NCBI RefSeq assembly: GCF_001949145.1
Contig: NW_019091355.1
Span: forward strand, 3,516,646 to 3,580,645
Length of the DNA: 64,000 nt
DNA from: Acanthaster planci
Taxonomy: Eukaryota
Direction: 5' to 3'
Numbering within the stretch: position 1 is the first letter of the stretch; the number at the start of each line of letters is the position of its first letter. Positions 39,101 through 52,300 of this stretch are shown piece after piece. The position numbers were made by a program, and so were the translations under genes. The notes beneath the pieces are model-generated. The model was not told the origin of the DNA. It was given only the letters and a program-made list of their open reading frames with translations, and made no database searches.

Positions 39101-42100
39101 ATTGGGAAAGGGTTCCTACACTTTTTTTTAGGGGGGGAGGGGTAATATTCCATGGAATGGCTGTGCACAGAGACTTGCTGAGCACAAGAACTCTTTGCCT
39201 AGCTACAACGGGTTACCAACCAAAATGTATGCCACCTATACTGCTCGAAACTGGCTCTCAGCTGAATACAGCCAGGCATGTAAATGTAGGGAGCAATCAT
39301 TTCCGCCAAACAGCTGCACAAAATTGGACACAGTTGTTTGTTGCAATCTTTTTTTCATCAAAACGTAGCTCAACTAACGTTTGCTGAGAAACTATTTCGA
39401 AGTGTGATCTCACACTGGCCTTTTTTCTTCAATGGTGTTCCTCAAATTTCCAACCACATGACATTTCTAAGCTAAACCTTATATTCTTATTTATTTTTCC
39501 AAGAATAATCCCCAAAATTCAGAACCTGAACCAAACAATACTTTCAAGCCCCAGGTGACTCAACATTGGCTGCTCAAAGCATTTTGACACTTAACCAATC
39601 AGAGAATGATTTTACACCTGATGACAAGAATTTTGCATTAAAAAGGGCATCGAAACAAAACAGGCCGTGTCATTTTTTGTTCAAGAACGTAGGCCAACCC
39701 GACAAAAACTTGTCCCCTGATCTTCCTGTTGCACCATTCCTGTCCAAACCAGCGACGGCTTGGCATCTTGCCAGGGTCCCCCTTCCCAGTGATGCAGACA
39801 TGCCACCACTTCCTCACCTCCACCCTTCTGCTTGTAGATGGCCCGTCTCAACACCTGCATCCACTCATCCACCTCTTGCTGACTGGGTGCCCAGAGGAGG
39901 AATGTCTCATGGTTGGGGGTGAGTCTGCTTGGGCCATCTGAGCCTAAAGACAAACAATTAAACCAGGAAGAGTGAAAGTATTACACTTTCATGTAACATT
40001 CCTGTGCATGCTCAACTGAACACAGAGATTGGAACAATGTTTCTATGTAATCTGCTACACCCTCCAAGTCGTCCTTGAGGTAAAGAAATATGGTGTTCAA
40101 ATTGGATCGAGCTGGATTAGTTTCACGGCTAAGTACGTGTAAGTTACACCAGAATATGGGAGAGGAGGCTGTTTGAGTGATCTATTTTGTGGGCGGGAGA
40201 AATAGTGGTTATCTTCTAAAACATTTAATTTTCTTATGGGACTGGTTACATGAGAGGATTCGTTGCAAAAGAGGGAAATGCTTTAACCCTGACACTCCTC
40301 AGTCCTCCAACAGGTGAAGGATTTAGGAAGGTTAGGGTTAAAGAACTAATCTGTAACAACTGGTACAGGCATGTTGTGGTCGGTGAGTGAAAAATGTTGC
40401 TGGCTTGAATGCTGTTCAACTACATCGGTTTTAACACACTGTAAATTCAAAATACGAATACACGTTCCAAATGTGTTCCACAACTGGACTGATAACTGGA
40501 GTATTCTGTCCCAAGAAGACATGACTGAGCTGAAGTGTGCCGAGTCTTGCTGTCACAGGAATATGAGATCATCAACCACAAAAGGGATGTTGAGATTGCA
40601 GTGCAGTCATCAAGTTCATCAGAAGTCAAGTCCCTAGTCCAGTCACAAGACACAGGGGATCAACAGCGATACAGGGATACCCTTGTTGTCGTAGGTCATT
40701 TAAATGGCTAACGAATGAGACTTGTTATAGGTCTGCAGGATGGACCGTGAACAAATTATGGGAGGCCTGTGGTATAAACATCATAGAAACCTATCTCTTT
40801 TTGATCTGAGTTGCCTGTTTACAAACAGATCACAACGTTTAAAACACTGAATTGAAACAACTGGGTCTTCTCAGAACGTTCCTGCTTGTAAAGGACATTA
40901 GCTTCCGTGGGTTTCCACAAACCTTCCATACTTTAATAGCTAGTGACTTAGGCTGAGACTTGTGATGTTGAATGCCTTTTGATTAACTCGTGATGGACGA
41001 GACAAGAACACTACAAATCACGTACGTGAGGGTAATCATGCCCTTCACTGGTAAATTTTCTGTACCCCGAAATGCACTGAGATTCAGAACAGGAAGGAAA
41101 AAGCAATGCATTAGACAGCTTTGTGCAAAATTACATGTACCTCAGCTTAGGCCGTGTCCAACTTACTTGGCTATGGCTTGAAATTATGCACTAGTATGTG
41201 ATAGTGACTACATCCACTTCATAGAGTCATGCATAATTTCAAGCCACAGCCAAGTGATTCAGACACCGCCTTAAATCTACCGGTAGAATTGAGAAATTCT
41301 TCAATTTGGCATCTCTCAGTGAGAAAGGATAAATCTGTGACAGCATTTTAAAAAAAAATCAGGAATGGGCAAGCAACTAAGAGGTCTGTGTAAGGCTTTG
41401 CACAAGACCTTGCAAGGTTGCTCACTAATATAGGGGAAGCAAATAGGGAAATAGAAAGTATATGGGAACATGGGAAGTGAAAAAACTTCAGGAAGGAAAT
41501 CAGCTAATCTAAGGAAAACTTGTACCGAATCAAACAAACTTTCAGAGCGAAAGTGTGCGTACAGCATGTATATACAGGCATGTACACGTGTGGCCCCTTA
41601 AAAAGTTTTGAGGAAGTTCTGCATGTGTCGGTCTCCATGGTTCTTCAGTGAAAGGGGGAAATTCAATTGGCCGTCTGGCCAGACAGGCTGATCAAAATCA
41701 AATGTCAGCAGATTTTTTGGGATGGATATCGGCCAATAACTGCAGTGCTCGGTGCCTCTCTGGAGTGATGGGGACGGCTGCCTGAGGATGAACGTATGCG
41801 GAAATTCTGCAGAACATTAAGTACCACTGTAAGACACGACCGACACAAAAGGACTCAAGTACGGTAAAAAGCAGGGTAATTCCGCTACTATCCAATAGTT
41901 TCATTAGGAAAGAGAAACACAATCATGTGCATACACAGATGGGTTACTTTTCCCAACTGACCCTCCTAGTCTTTGGACGGTCACAGACTGTCAAAAGTTC
42001 AGTCCACTTCCCCAGTACAGTATATGTACATGTACAGGTACATGTATACGTGTAGACATATCACCTTTCATTTGACTGATTTTAAACTGAAAGAACAGCT

Positions 42101-42585
42101 CTGTCCTAGTGTGTGTTTGCAGGAGTTAAAGAGGTCAGTTTATCATTAGCTTTATGAACCACAAGTTTTATCTGCCTGAACAGAACCACTAAAAACCTAA
42201 ACAAGCAAAAACCAACCACAACAAACAGCTGCAACAGTATTTTGATTCATCTCCCATTTCCCTTCTCAGAAAACCCCTCCCTCCCCCCCCCAAAAAAAAC
42301 CCTGAACAAAAATTCACCTGGTAGAATTTCAAACAGGAGTTTCCCCGGTTCGTCCAGATTCACCTGCCGCTTCTCCACGCGGTTGTTGCGCAGCGGTATG
42401 GAGCCCAGCGGTCGCGGGTCATCCTCCCGCAGGAAGTAGTGGAGGTACTCGCCCTGCAGGACAAAGTAGCGGCGCTGCCACGATTTGAAGGGCCCGCCCT
42501 GCTTCTTCAGCCAACCCGTGTGGGTGACGTCTTCCCGGGACAGGCTAAAGCTCCTATCGGTCATCCTGCGGTGTGGATAACTCTC
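36051..42585 (-). CDS. ARHGAP24: PH-RhoGAP-coiled-coil protein of the ARHGAP22/24/25 family, core exons complement(join(42318..42585,39818..39943,38921..39053,37124..38315,36051..36137))
   Basis: Phase-consistent GT-AG joins; PH domain (GWLKKQGG...WQRRYFVL...EWMQVLRRAI); GAP domain (GIFG, EEGIFRLPG arginine finger, ASLLKLYLRLLPEPLIP, NRMSMLNLATVFGPNIFRP); C-terminal coiled coil. The symbol marks the family only; it is likely co-orthologous to ARHGAP22/24/25. Confidence 0.92.
37124..38315 (-). CDS. RhoGAP large exon: GAP domain, Ser/Pro-rich linker, start of coiled coil
   Basis: 1192 nt open frame; tcacag|G CTG CCA GGA; GAG|gtaatt; extends track ORF 37055..38080 upstream. Confidence 0.93.
38921..39053 (-). 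CDS. RhoGAP exon (GIFGQSLLDTITNESTTSTKQIPSIVEQCVEQLRERGLQEEGIFR); absent from the ORF track
   Basis: 133 nt; tctgtag|GA ATA TTT GGC; TTC AG|gtgagt; the arginine-finger codon is split AG|G. Confidence 0.93.
39818..39943 (-). CDS. RhoGAP exon, C-terminal part of PH domain (GSDGPSRLTPNHETFLLWAPSQQEVDEWMQVLRRAIYKQKGG)
   Basis: 126 nt; tctttag|GC; GGAG|gtgagg; PH C-terminal helix Trp. Confidence 0.92.
41150..41270. mobile_element. PIF/Harbinger-like MITE with the same termini as family C but a different interior
   Basis: TTA|GGCCGTGTCC...ACTTGGCTATGGCTTGAAATTATGCA / TGCATAATTTCAAGCCACAGCCAAGT...GACACCGCC|TTA; TTA TSD. Confidence 0.8.
42318..42585 (-). CDS. RhoGAP exon, N-terminal part of PH domain (ESYPHRRMTDRSF...GWLKKQGGPFKSWQRRYFVLQG...LFEILP)
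   Basis: Acceptor (gttt)n...tttgtttag|GAG; internal ATG at 42564; donor CCAG|gtgaat. Confidence 0.9.
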
Positions 42586-45425
42586 CTAAACAAATTGACA
42601 GCAAAAAACAAACAAACAAACAAACAAACAAACAGAAAGAAAATGTTACTATTAAACTTATGATCAACTATTTCTGGTGATGAAATCCAGAGAATTCTAA
42701 AAAGCACCCATCAGCTTCCAAGCCGGAAGAAACCTGCAGAGAGGAGACAATGAGAAGCGGTTTCGGTTATGGAGGTTCGGTTATGGAGGTGGGCCAAAAA
42801 TCCCAGAGGCATATTCAGGTAGGGACTGCAGCCAAATCCATTCAATCCGTGGGTTTGAATCCTAACAGGAATAATGACACTGATTTTCCTTGGGTATTTA
42901 GAGATTTTACAATAACTGTACATCTCTTTCCATCCAGGAGAGCAAACGGTTTAAAATTCGAAGGTAGGGAACCAAACTCCATTCAGTGAGCTTGAGCTAC
43001 CAAACAGCCATCAGAAAGTGAGACTATCGGTAACTGGTTTTTATCCCACTAGGCTTCAGGGTCTGGAATCATTTTTACAATGGATCCAAACCAGACTGTG
43101 ACACTCAAAACTGTGTAAAAATATTATTTTTGCTGGAGTTACATTACTGGTATATCAAGGGCTTAAATGATAGTCTGAATGCAGCCCATGTACGGCATGC
43201 CGACACCTGGAATTGGGAAATGTGTTTACAATGCACACGTATACATTCTGGTCCCTGGATGAAACCACAGTACGGGAAGGAATCTAGTCACCTACGTGTG
43301 ACGTGGCACATATTGCACATGTTCACATGGCTTCCACTTGATGGTAATGCAACTGTGCATGAATACATGTACATGTATGAGTAACTTTGCCTTATATGTC
43401 ACTGCAATTCCCTTTTCGCACAGTTTTGGGACTCGGAGGCGAGGTGAGTCTTCTGATGCAGAAATCAAGTGGCAGTATGTGCTTGTGGTGACTTGAGTCA
43501 AGCATCAGGACTCAATTCAAGTTGCTAAAAAATTGTGACTCAAGCCGAGTCACGATTTGAGTTCTTAAAATTCTACACTGAATTGGTAATTAGTTTTTCA
43601 CACTGAAGGCATTCCATACAAACCAACATGCTTACAATCAATGTTCTCTTCCTTGGTTCCTATGAGTACACTAATATGTAGCGTTTCATTTACTTCAAAA
43701 AAAAGGTAAATACACATACCTCATTAAAGTTGACAAACAAGGTCTGGGTGCTACAAATGAACTTGTTTCTCCGGTATTGGATTTGCAAATAACTCAGACA
43801 AACTTTGGGAAATGTGGTCGGCTTTACGTCAAGATAAGTTTGGGAAATGCAGTCTAGACCAAAATAAATACATACATACATGTACTTGTATGTCGTTGTA
43901 CCTTATCAGTTGCCGAGTTACAAATTACCAAAAACAATCACACAACAAACAAAAACTAACAGCAAAACAGGAAACCAGGTTTAAAGCACTGACTGACTCA
44001 AACAAAAGTAATGTATGACTGTGACTGAAGAGTGTGCAATGTATTAGGGAAAACCTAAAGCCAGGCTGAATAATTGTAAGAATCCTGCCCACGTGAATGC
44101 ATGCCAACGAGACCTTCAGCCAACCAACCGGGACAGGAAAAACCCTGTAAGAACCGGGGGTCATCCACTCGGCAGGGTTAAAATTAGATGAAATGTGGTT
44201 CAGCTGTGAAGCATTTCTGACTCTACTGGGGAAGGGGGCTTGTCCGGGAAATGAAGCCCATGCAAAGGCCAAGTTTGCTATGAAATGGACAATAATTCAT
44301 AACTTAATTAGAAGGCTATGGATGGACTAGTGTACAAGGCAGACAGAACAGATGTTGGCACAACGTGTAGGAAAAATGAAAAGAAAAAAGTCAACATACA
44401 ATGTACCAGGTACAGTTGCATTTGATTGTGCAAAAGTTTTGAGGGATGAAGTTACATGTATTTTGGAAAAATGCTGTTTGGGCGGTCTACATTTAAAAAG
44501 ACACACTTTGCATTTATGACCTTAAACTACACCTAAACAATTTTTAGTTTATTTTGGGTTAAAAAAGGAGTTACCTACCATGTCAAAACGGGTACTGGAA
44601 GCCAACTGCATGATCTAGAATAAGTTTAAATGTGTGATTTCTGAGCCATTCATATACATGTATAATTAAATTACAATTACGTTGGCTAAGGCCAAACAAA
44701 ATCATGGTTGTGCTTCTGTTACACGCCCTAACTTTCTAAATTGCACTAACCCTAAATCTTTTTATTGAAACAGAAATAAAAATACTGTTGCGGACCCTCA
44801 TGCTTATTTCAGGGCTGTGAAATGTCTGATTTTTTGTTAAATATGCCCAATTTCATTTTCCACTTTTTCGGCCTCGTTTTTCTTTCGTGCACAGGTGACG
44901 ATATTTCCGTTTCTTTTTCTACCAACGCAATATGACGGCCAGGTGAAACTTTGCACGCCCTCGTTTGGACACCGAACAGTACTGGAGCTCTGTAATGAAC
45001 GTGACTGAATCTTCTGTACGTGCAGTACCGGGATACAAGTGAACAGTGAAAGGTACATGTATCTGTGCAGTTCGAAGCGCAAGCCTTGTGTACGAACAGC
45101 ATCCTGGGACCATCAGGTCATTTTGTTATGATTGGCAGCCAAAGAAACATAAATATTCATATATTTGGGACTCATTACAGCTGTTCTTGCGTGAATGGAA
45201 GTATTGACTAACAATGTCCACAATAAACTTGCGGTAGCACACATTTCACTGTGAATTTATGGCCTGAAATAAGGTTAATGCATTTTCGCTTTCGCTGATA
45301 GAGGGTTTCACGACAACTGGCGTGGGAAAAATTTCGCACCCTAAAATTTTTGATCCAAAAACTTTAGAAGGAATCAAAATAAAGATACTACCCACCTACC
45401 ATACTCAACATATTTTTGTTTGCTG

Positions 45426-45792
45426 TAAGGGCACCCTTTTTATATTCTATGTTTCTCATTTCCGACCGACCCTATTTTGGGCTATTTTTCCCTGCCAACC
45501 CTGCTAAAAAGACCTAAACCCAAAAAACTGAAGGGAAAAAATTGGCCAGCATGACCTTTGAAAACAAAAGCCCTGAAAACTAACGATTTCGCAAACGACC
45601 AACAGTGACGGTCTGCGTTTGCGTGAACATTCGGTTTACCGCACCTTTGCATGGCCCACTTGGGTTCGTGCACAGCCCTACACCAGCAACATGGAATTTT
45701 TTTTTTTAATGATTTTTTTCCCAACCGAACGACCTTATCTCAAGTGGTAAAAAAAAAAAATGACAACCATAGAATTTAATAAGGGCGCTCTA
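45426..45792. mobile_element. Degraded MITE
   Basis: Imperfect TIRs AGGGCACCCTTTTTATATTCTATGTTTCTCATTT versus the reverse complement of the right end, AGAGCGCCCTTATTAAATTCTATGGTTGTCATTT. Confidence 0.55.
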
Positions 45793-47241
45793 TTATGCCC
45801 AGGCATTGCATACACAACACATATTTGTAACAAACTCAATTACATCTACATGTACAGGTATATGTACATGTGAGTGGTGGAGTACATTTCGAAGAAAGTG
45901 ATATTTATTTTTCTAACACCCAAAAATAAATAGGGAAAAAATCCAGGGGCAAATTCATTATACAGATTCCACTAAAGGACACAACTTGGCAAATTAAAAC
46001 CTGTCCCTGTCATGGGTCACATTCAAGAATGACAGAAACCAATTGCAAAAGCAGCAATGCTGCAAACAATGAAGGGAGGAATACGAAACGCAGTACACAC
46101 AGGGGTACATGTACATGTACCGGTACATCTACATGCCCGATTTATTGGAATCTCGTGCATACACAAAACTATCAAGTGCTTTTCACCTTGACAGTTGCGT
46201 AAAGTGCACTTCGTACACAATATTCGTACAGGCAAAAAAAATATCATCCTGAATCATGTACCGAATAAGTGTAAGTGCGTGTTACACTTGTTGTCCATGT
46301 AACTCCTTAATCCTGCATGTAGGTGAACATGTACTTGTGGCAGAAGCCAGTTGTGATTTCTTTCATTAAAGGCAGGATACAGCTGTCAGGAAGTTTTGGT
46401 GGACTGGGCACAAAACATGACCACCGTGGCACAAAGCCAATTGCCCCTGCAACATCCACAGATTTCTGCAGAAAGGACCCAAGATCATTTGAAAATATAT
46501 ACATGTACAGAAATCCCATCCTGTCACCGCAAATTCCAGGAACACAAAGTTTGACTGCTGGTTAGAGCAGGATGTTTAAAAACCAGTATGAAATTTCATC
46601 ATTCTTTGTAGCAAATTATAATTTTTTTTTTTTGGTGCAGCGGGAGGAGAATAAGCTGCAGAAAGAGAAAAACTCTGCTGAAGAAAAGCTTCACATACAT
46701 GTACATGCCACATACATGTACACGTATAAACCAATCACTGGATTCATCTGCAGATTGGAAAGTTGCCGCGATATCAAGGTGTCCTGAATTCTGCACCAAG
46801 ACCTGGGCTAAACACGTAATTTTACTATGCTAAGTGCCAACACTACGAAGAATGGAAAATGGAAGACACACGTCTCCTAGACCCATTCATTACTATTAGC
46901 CAAATTTTATTTAAACATCTGTGTGCCTTTAGAAGCATCTTCATACTGCCTGTCATTTGTTTGTGCCCCTCAGCCAAAGTGTGGATACAGTTTGCGTTTA
47001 TCTCCATCCAAAAATGGTTTCATGTATGAAATCATGTGAGATGTTCTGTTCATGATCTTACATGTACCTTCAACAAGATAACCTTAATTTTCACAAAGTG
47101 GTTACCGATTAATCAAACGGGCAAATTTAACTGAGTGAAGAACGCAATGATCAACTGAATATTAAAGTCGACGACCTGTGATACACCAGGGACTACATGC
47201 AAATGATGTACATGTACGTGTACCGGTAGCTTGGAAATTAA

Positions 47242-47360
47242 GGCTGCATCCGAATCTGTTGTCTAGAGCTAGGTCTAGGTCTTCCCTCCATTTGAAATGT
47301 GGGGAGATGCGTAGACAATAGACCTAGCCGTAGCTCTGGAAGCCCGTTTCGGACATGGCC
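47242..47360. mobile_element. PIF/Harbinger-like MITE family C, copy 2 (inverted)
   Basis: TAA|GGCTGCATCCGAA ... TTCGGACATGGCC|TAA: TIRs plus a 3-bp TAA TSD. Confidence 0.85.
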
Positions 47361-48060
47361 TAAACTATGTGTCTATACAAAATGTGCCACTGAGTTCCTG
47401 CACAGTGGAGGTTTCAAGGAAGACTACGAGTGACAAAATACATGTACTAACAAGTAGGAAGTTACGGTTAATGCTCCCATGGAGAAATTTTAAAAAAAAA
47501 TATAGCCCAGAGGGAATGATTCTATGGGCTGCTTTGTGGAAGTCTTTTCTTCAAGCAAGGTTTCCCCTCGATATTTTGCTTGGTTAAACTTCTGGGAGAT
47601 CGTGTCAAAGCATCCAATCAACCTGTCATGAGCCTCTTTGACAAGCTGTGACAAAGTATATACAGCAGTTGCAATGCTGCCTAAAATAGCCAAGTCAAAG
47701 CACTTTTCAACCAGTGTATAACTTACAAGTTTTAACCAACTCTTTTGGCTGAGGAGTACAGACATTTCTAGGGCCAGTGGTACTTGTACAAGTATCAATA
47801 ATTATAAAGATATTTCTATGGACATGGTCAATACATGTACACTGTACATGTATGTACTGTATAAATACATGTTACTTGCTTAGACATGTACCAACACATG
47901 TACAGGTAGGTCTACAGTACATGTAAAACGATGTACCTTTCTGTGTTTGCACTAATAATATTACTTTGGCTTTGCGTCGGAATTTTAATTTTTCATTCGG
48001 TTTGTCCTTACCATGGAGGAAGGTTCCCATGTCCTCACACCGATGTGCACACACACATAT

Positions 48061-48287
48061 TCACACTGTATTCTCAGTTTGGTCCAACCAGTTGTGATAT
48101 ATCAAAAGCTTGCACAAGTGGGATTCAAACCCAGAATTTCCAGCTCACCAAATGCAAACATCATTGCAATGAAACTCACACAAGAAGCCTGCATTAGTGC
48201 GCAGGAAGTCGTGGGTTCGACGCCCGCCCAAGCCTGCAACTTATGAGTATTTCAGAACTCTTGGAGCACACTGAGAATACGGTGTGA
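48061..48287. mobile_element. Inverted pair of tRNA-related (SINE-like) sequences
   Basis: TCACACTGTATTCTCAGT (48061) versus ACTGAGAATACGGTGTGA (48270-48287); B-box-like GGTTCGA at 48214-48220 (+) and GGTTTGAATCC at 48121-48131 (-). Confidence 0.55.
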
Positions 48288-49071
48288 TGCATGTTGGTGT
48301 GGCTAACGGCAAACCCCAAGTATAAAATGTATGAATTTCTCAGTTATTTTGTGACATAGCAGTATGATGTAACATGCATTTTCAAAGCATAAAATGCTTT
48401 GTCCTTTCCCCCTGCATTTAATTATATATGTACTTAGTAAAATGAACTTTCAGACTGCAAGCCAGAAGCATAAAGAAATGTACATGCACGACACTTGTGG
48501 GTACAAGAGCGTTGCAAGACGGAAGTCAGTTTGCGTAATAAGTCTTGAGAAATGAACTGCACGTGTGTGGAGATTCGAAATAGTGATTGATGTACATGGT
48601 ACACGTACTTCAGGCCCTCGTACATGTATCCCAATGACAAGTACATGTAATGAGTTCAAAATTTGAGTCTGTTCACGGCTGAGATCATGCCGAGATTGAG
48701 TCAAAGCCAAATTGTCCATCTTGACTCATGCCTGAATCGGAGCTGTAAGAACCGAGTGGCTGGATTCAGGTACAACGACACAAGTACATTGTTCACTGGT
48801 TGTACCAACGGTACATGTTTGCACATGCTCATGTACACTACAGGAAGTTCCCTTCAACATTGCAATGGTTATGGATAAAACAATACGGAAGTTGAGAAAC
48901 TGTGATTGTGCATGCTCATACGTGTATGTGATACACATATGATTTGCTGTGTACAAAAATCATCAAATGTGGCCATATCTACGTGTACAGGCCTAATCTG
49001 CAGATTCAGGTACAGGTGTAAGACAGAAAGCAAAAAAAAGGGCAGCGACCAGCCTAGATCAAGAAACCAAC

Positions 49072-49317
49072 CTTGTGCCTGCGAGAGCTTCGTAAGTGGT
49101 GCCCGTGTCGCACCTGCGGGGCCAGGCCGAGGCTGTTCAGTGTCATGCTGCGCACTTTGGTTTGTATGTTCCCTGTCTCGTCGCTGCGCTGCCGCCGGTG
49201 GGTATACTTGGCGGTGCGGGATGTCTTGACACGTTCCATCGTGGCAATATGGTGTTCCTTGGGGCGCGAGGGCTTGGCGTAGAAGCTACGTCGAGATGAA
49301 TTGCGTCTAGCCAGCAT
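49072..49317 (-). CDS. Candidate alternative first coding exon of the RhoGAP (82 aa, MLARRNSSRRSFY...KVRSMTLNS...SSRRHK)
   Basis: GC/CpG-rich ORF with an upstream in-frame stop; phase-0 donor AAG|gttggt fits the phase-0 acceptor at 42585. Confidence 0.5.
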
Positions 49318-52300
49318 GTCTTTGGTGGGACTGCCCTTGGGGTTCTCGGCTGATGTGTACAGTTGTCACCCCCCCTCCTTGGTGGCCTTCCTCGCTAGCT
49401 CTCTCGTGTGCCTGAGAGCAAACTCTGCTGAGGCATCCCGTGCGGATGTGGGCCAGGAAGTCCTAATCAGCCTTGTCGACCTTTTTTTTTTATTCTGACG
49501 AGGGTGAAGTGTATGGGCAACGGGTCCCCAGGGAGCTACATTTAGTAGCTGACTTCAGAGGGTCTTTGCTACTGTTTAATGAGGTGTTTCCCTTTGCAAT
49601 GACTCCCCTACTGTGAATACAAATGCCGAGCTTGTCTCTGTCCATTCATGTTTAGAGAGGAAAAGTTTGCAGCTGTATGGGCCCCTTCAAGACCTGTGGG
49701 CACCCACTCATCGGATGGCGTGGCTAGGATGGTGATGACGCATAGACACTGGGAGTGTGAACCCTCAGCACGAGACCAACACAATGTGGTAGCCCAACCA
49801 CATGGCCATGGACATTTCATGTCACTGTGCTGTCAACAGGTGGGAACCAGTCCTATCTCAGCATACACGTGAAAAACCAAGAACTGTCACTTTCCTGACG
49901 ATTATGACAATGACCAGACTGCTTTTTTGAAAGAAACAGTCATGCACTGGATGATAGGCAAACGAAATGGACACGCACATCTTGGTACAATTTTAACAGC
50001 TTTGAAATCCAGTTCGGAGACAGCAATGCGGAGGCCATTTACACAGACATCTGAACACTGGAGAAAGTCTCTGGCAAGACCATTCAGGTACAGTACAAGT
50101 ACAAACTTGCTACACAAATGTAAACGGCTAACATGAAGTGTACATGTACACGTGTGGGGAGGTCTGTGGACTATGTGCAGCAATGAAGAATACCAGTCTC
50201 ATGAAGCTGAGCCATGGAGACAAACCCTTGCTACCCTACAGGTACATGGTCATGGGAAAGTTGGGTGCAAAGAAAAAAGCGAAAAACCAAACCAAACCAA
50301 ACAAAAAGCCAAGATATCAACAGAAAAATGGGGGGAGGGAGGAGAAAAGGAAGCACATCTAATCCTAATCTCCATTTTCATTTCTTTTAAAGCCAGCGTT
50401 TTTTCCTGTTCTCAACCAGTAATTTTCTTGTTCTACATCTGTACAGTACTTGTTCAGGTTTTAACTCTACTTAAGTCCCCTCCCGTGCCCCCCTCCCCTT
50501 TTGTGAATGCTGGATCCACCTGACCTCCAATGTCATATGCTATGTACCGGTATGCTCACCCAGTGCTGCCGGTGTATCAATTTAATTAACACACAGGGTT
50601 GCATACTGTGGCACCTAACAGGGTGAACCATGAGAGCCCATAGCAGATGGAGAAAGAATCACAGGCAGGCGCTTCAGCTCAGTTTGCTAGCCATACTCAT
50701 GTTATGGTCCCGTCTCTACACGTGTACGACTACGGTTTCAAATTTTGAAACTATTTTTTAAATCAAAAAAACCCAGTTGCAAGAATATCATAATTTTGAT
50801 AACAGGAAGAGCAGAAATCAACAAATTGCCACTGCTTGAAAAAGGATACTGCATACTTGATTACATAAGATCACTAAATAACCAAACAATTCCATGGGAC
50901 ATCTCGTTTTCATCACAAAAGCTCGCTAGCGTTCAGTGTACGACCCTGAACAATAAGCAAAACTAAGTTGAAGAAGGAAACAAATATCATGAACTGAATG
51001 TGGCAAGTGCAGTGCTAATGCAAAAATATCCTCCTTGGATTGTACAACCGATGTGTGGCTTAACCTGACACCTTCAGTTAACCTACATGTCTGCTAAAGA
51101 GCTCTCGTTTGAGGACACAACTTCAAGGCTTATAAACTTACGTACATGTACATGATGTGTACGATTCACAAATCGGGTCCACAGGAACATGGAGTTGGCT
51201 TTGGGATGCTAGAGCTGTGCCCTCAAAATGGAGCTAATGTGCCCGTTCCTTATAGGTTACCTTTGCAACCAATACACTGTTCCGGCACAATGCTAAAGCT
51301 GTAGGCTCTTGATGCTCCGAACTACTGCATTGTTTTGTTCGATGAGGGATAGATGATGCTTCATGTACACGTATATGATGCTGACACGTCCGTGAACAAA
51401 TTAAGCTGAATACCGGTACAGTACACAATGCGTACGTACATGTACAGTATGTACATGTACATATCGCCTCTTCTTCCTGAATTGGCAATCAGCACCAATT
51501 TTAAAGAAATCTATGATACTGGTTTTTGAATTTCCCGTATCAACTTTCAATTCCACAAACAAACAGGTACATGTACTCTGCTACCGGAATCACACTTGAT
51601 GATGATTACTGCCTTACATGTACGGTACCCTGACTAGGGTAGTGTTTTATTCCTCTGTGGTACAATGTACATGTACATGTTGTATCTCCAATAATACAGA
51701 TGGTGAAGCTTTTACATGCATATTAACTTTGCAACCCAAGCTGCTACCGATAGATTCTGGGAAAGATGATCGTGAACAGGAAAGACAAAGATTGATGACT
51801 TTTGGTTATGAAATTAAAAAGGGCTATGTCATAGGATTGTTATTTGAAGGAAAGATCACACCTACCTACAGTGTACACGTACACAGGGGCAAACGAGTAG
51901 CAAATAAGACAAAACACATGCCGTTGTTTTATGGAAGAGATGTATGCTGATAATCTCCAAAGAATAACTGGAAATTCATCACACCTCCAGACAAAAATCG
52001 TAACGACACAAAAATGCATACATTTAAATATGGTGCAAAGCCTCATGCACTCTCAAATGTACGTGTACATCATACACGCATACACCTGTAGGTACACTCA
52101 GTTACATGTACATTCACGTGTACACACAACCATCATTTCAAGAATGAAATTATTTGAAATATATTTTTTTACATCTTGATGAATTATTTGAAATCATGAA
52201 ACACACTTGTAGGTTCCAAGATTGTCCCACATGCGAAATGTACATGTACTGGTACTTTGACCCAAAGTTGTGCTTTGTTTGCTTGGTATTTGCATGCTGA

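Noticed and set aside
42700..42760. Strong acceptor (ttgtctcctctctgcag|gt) as a recursive splice site or alternative 3' splice site
   Set aside because: The following GTTTCT is a poor donor, and extension to the PH exon (148 nt) is out of frame.
44573..44581. ATG|gtaggt as a fourth RhoGAP first exon
   Set aside because: No promoter-like context next to it; a match this short is expected by chance.
49318..49480. Reverse-transcriptase-like peptide (SAEFALRHTRELARK) upstream of the 49317 ATG
   Set aside because: The resemblance is too short, is interrupted by a stop, and has no other RT motifs.
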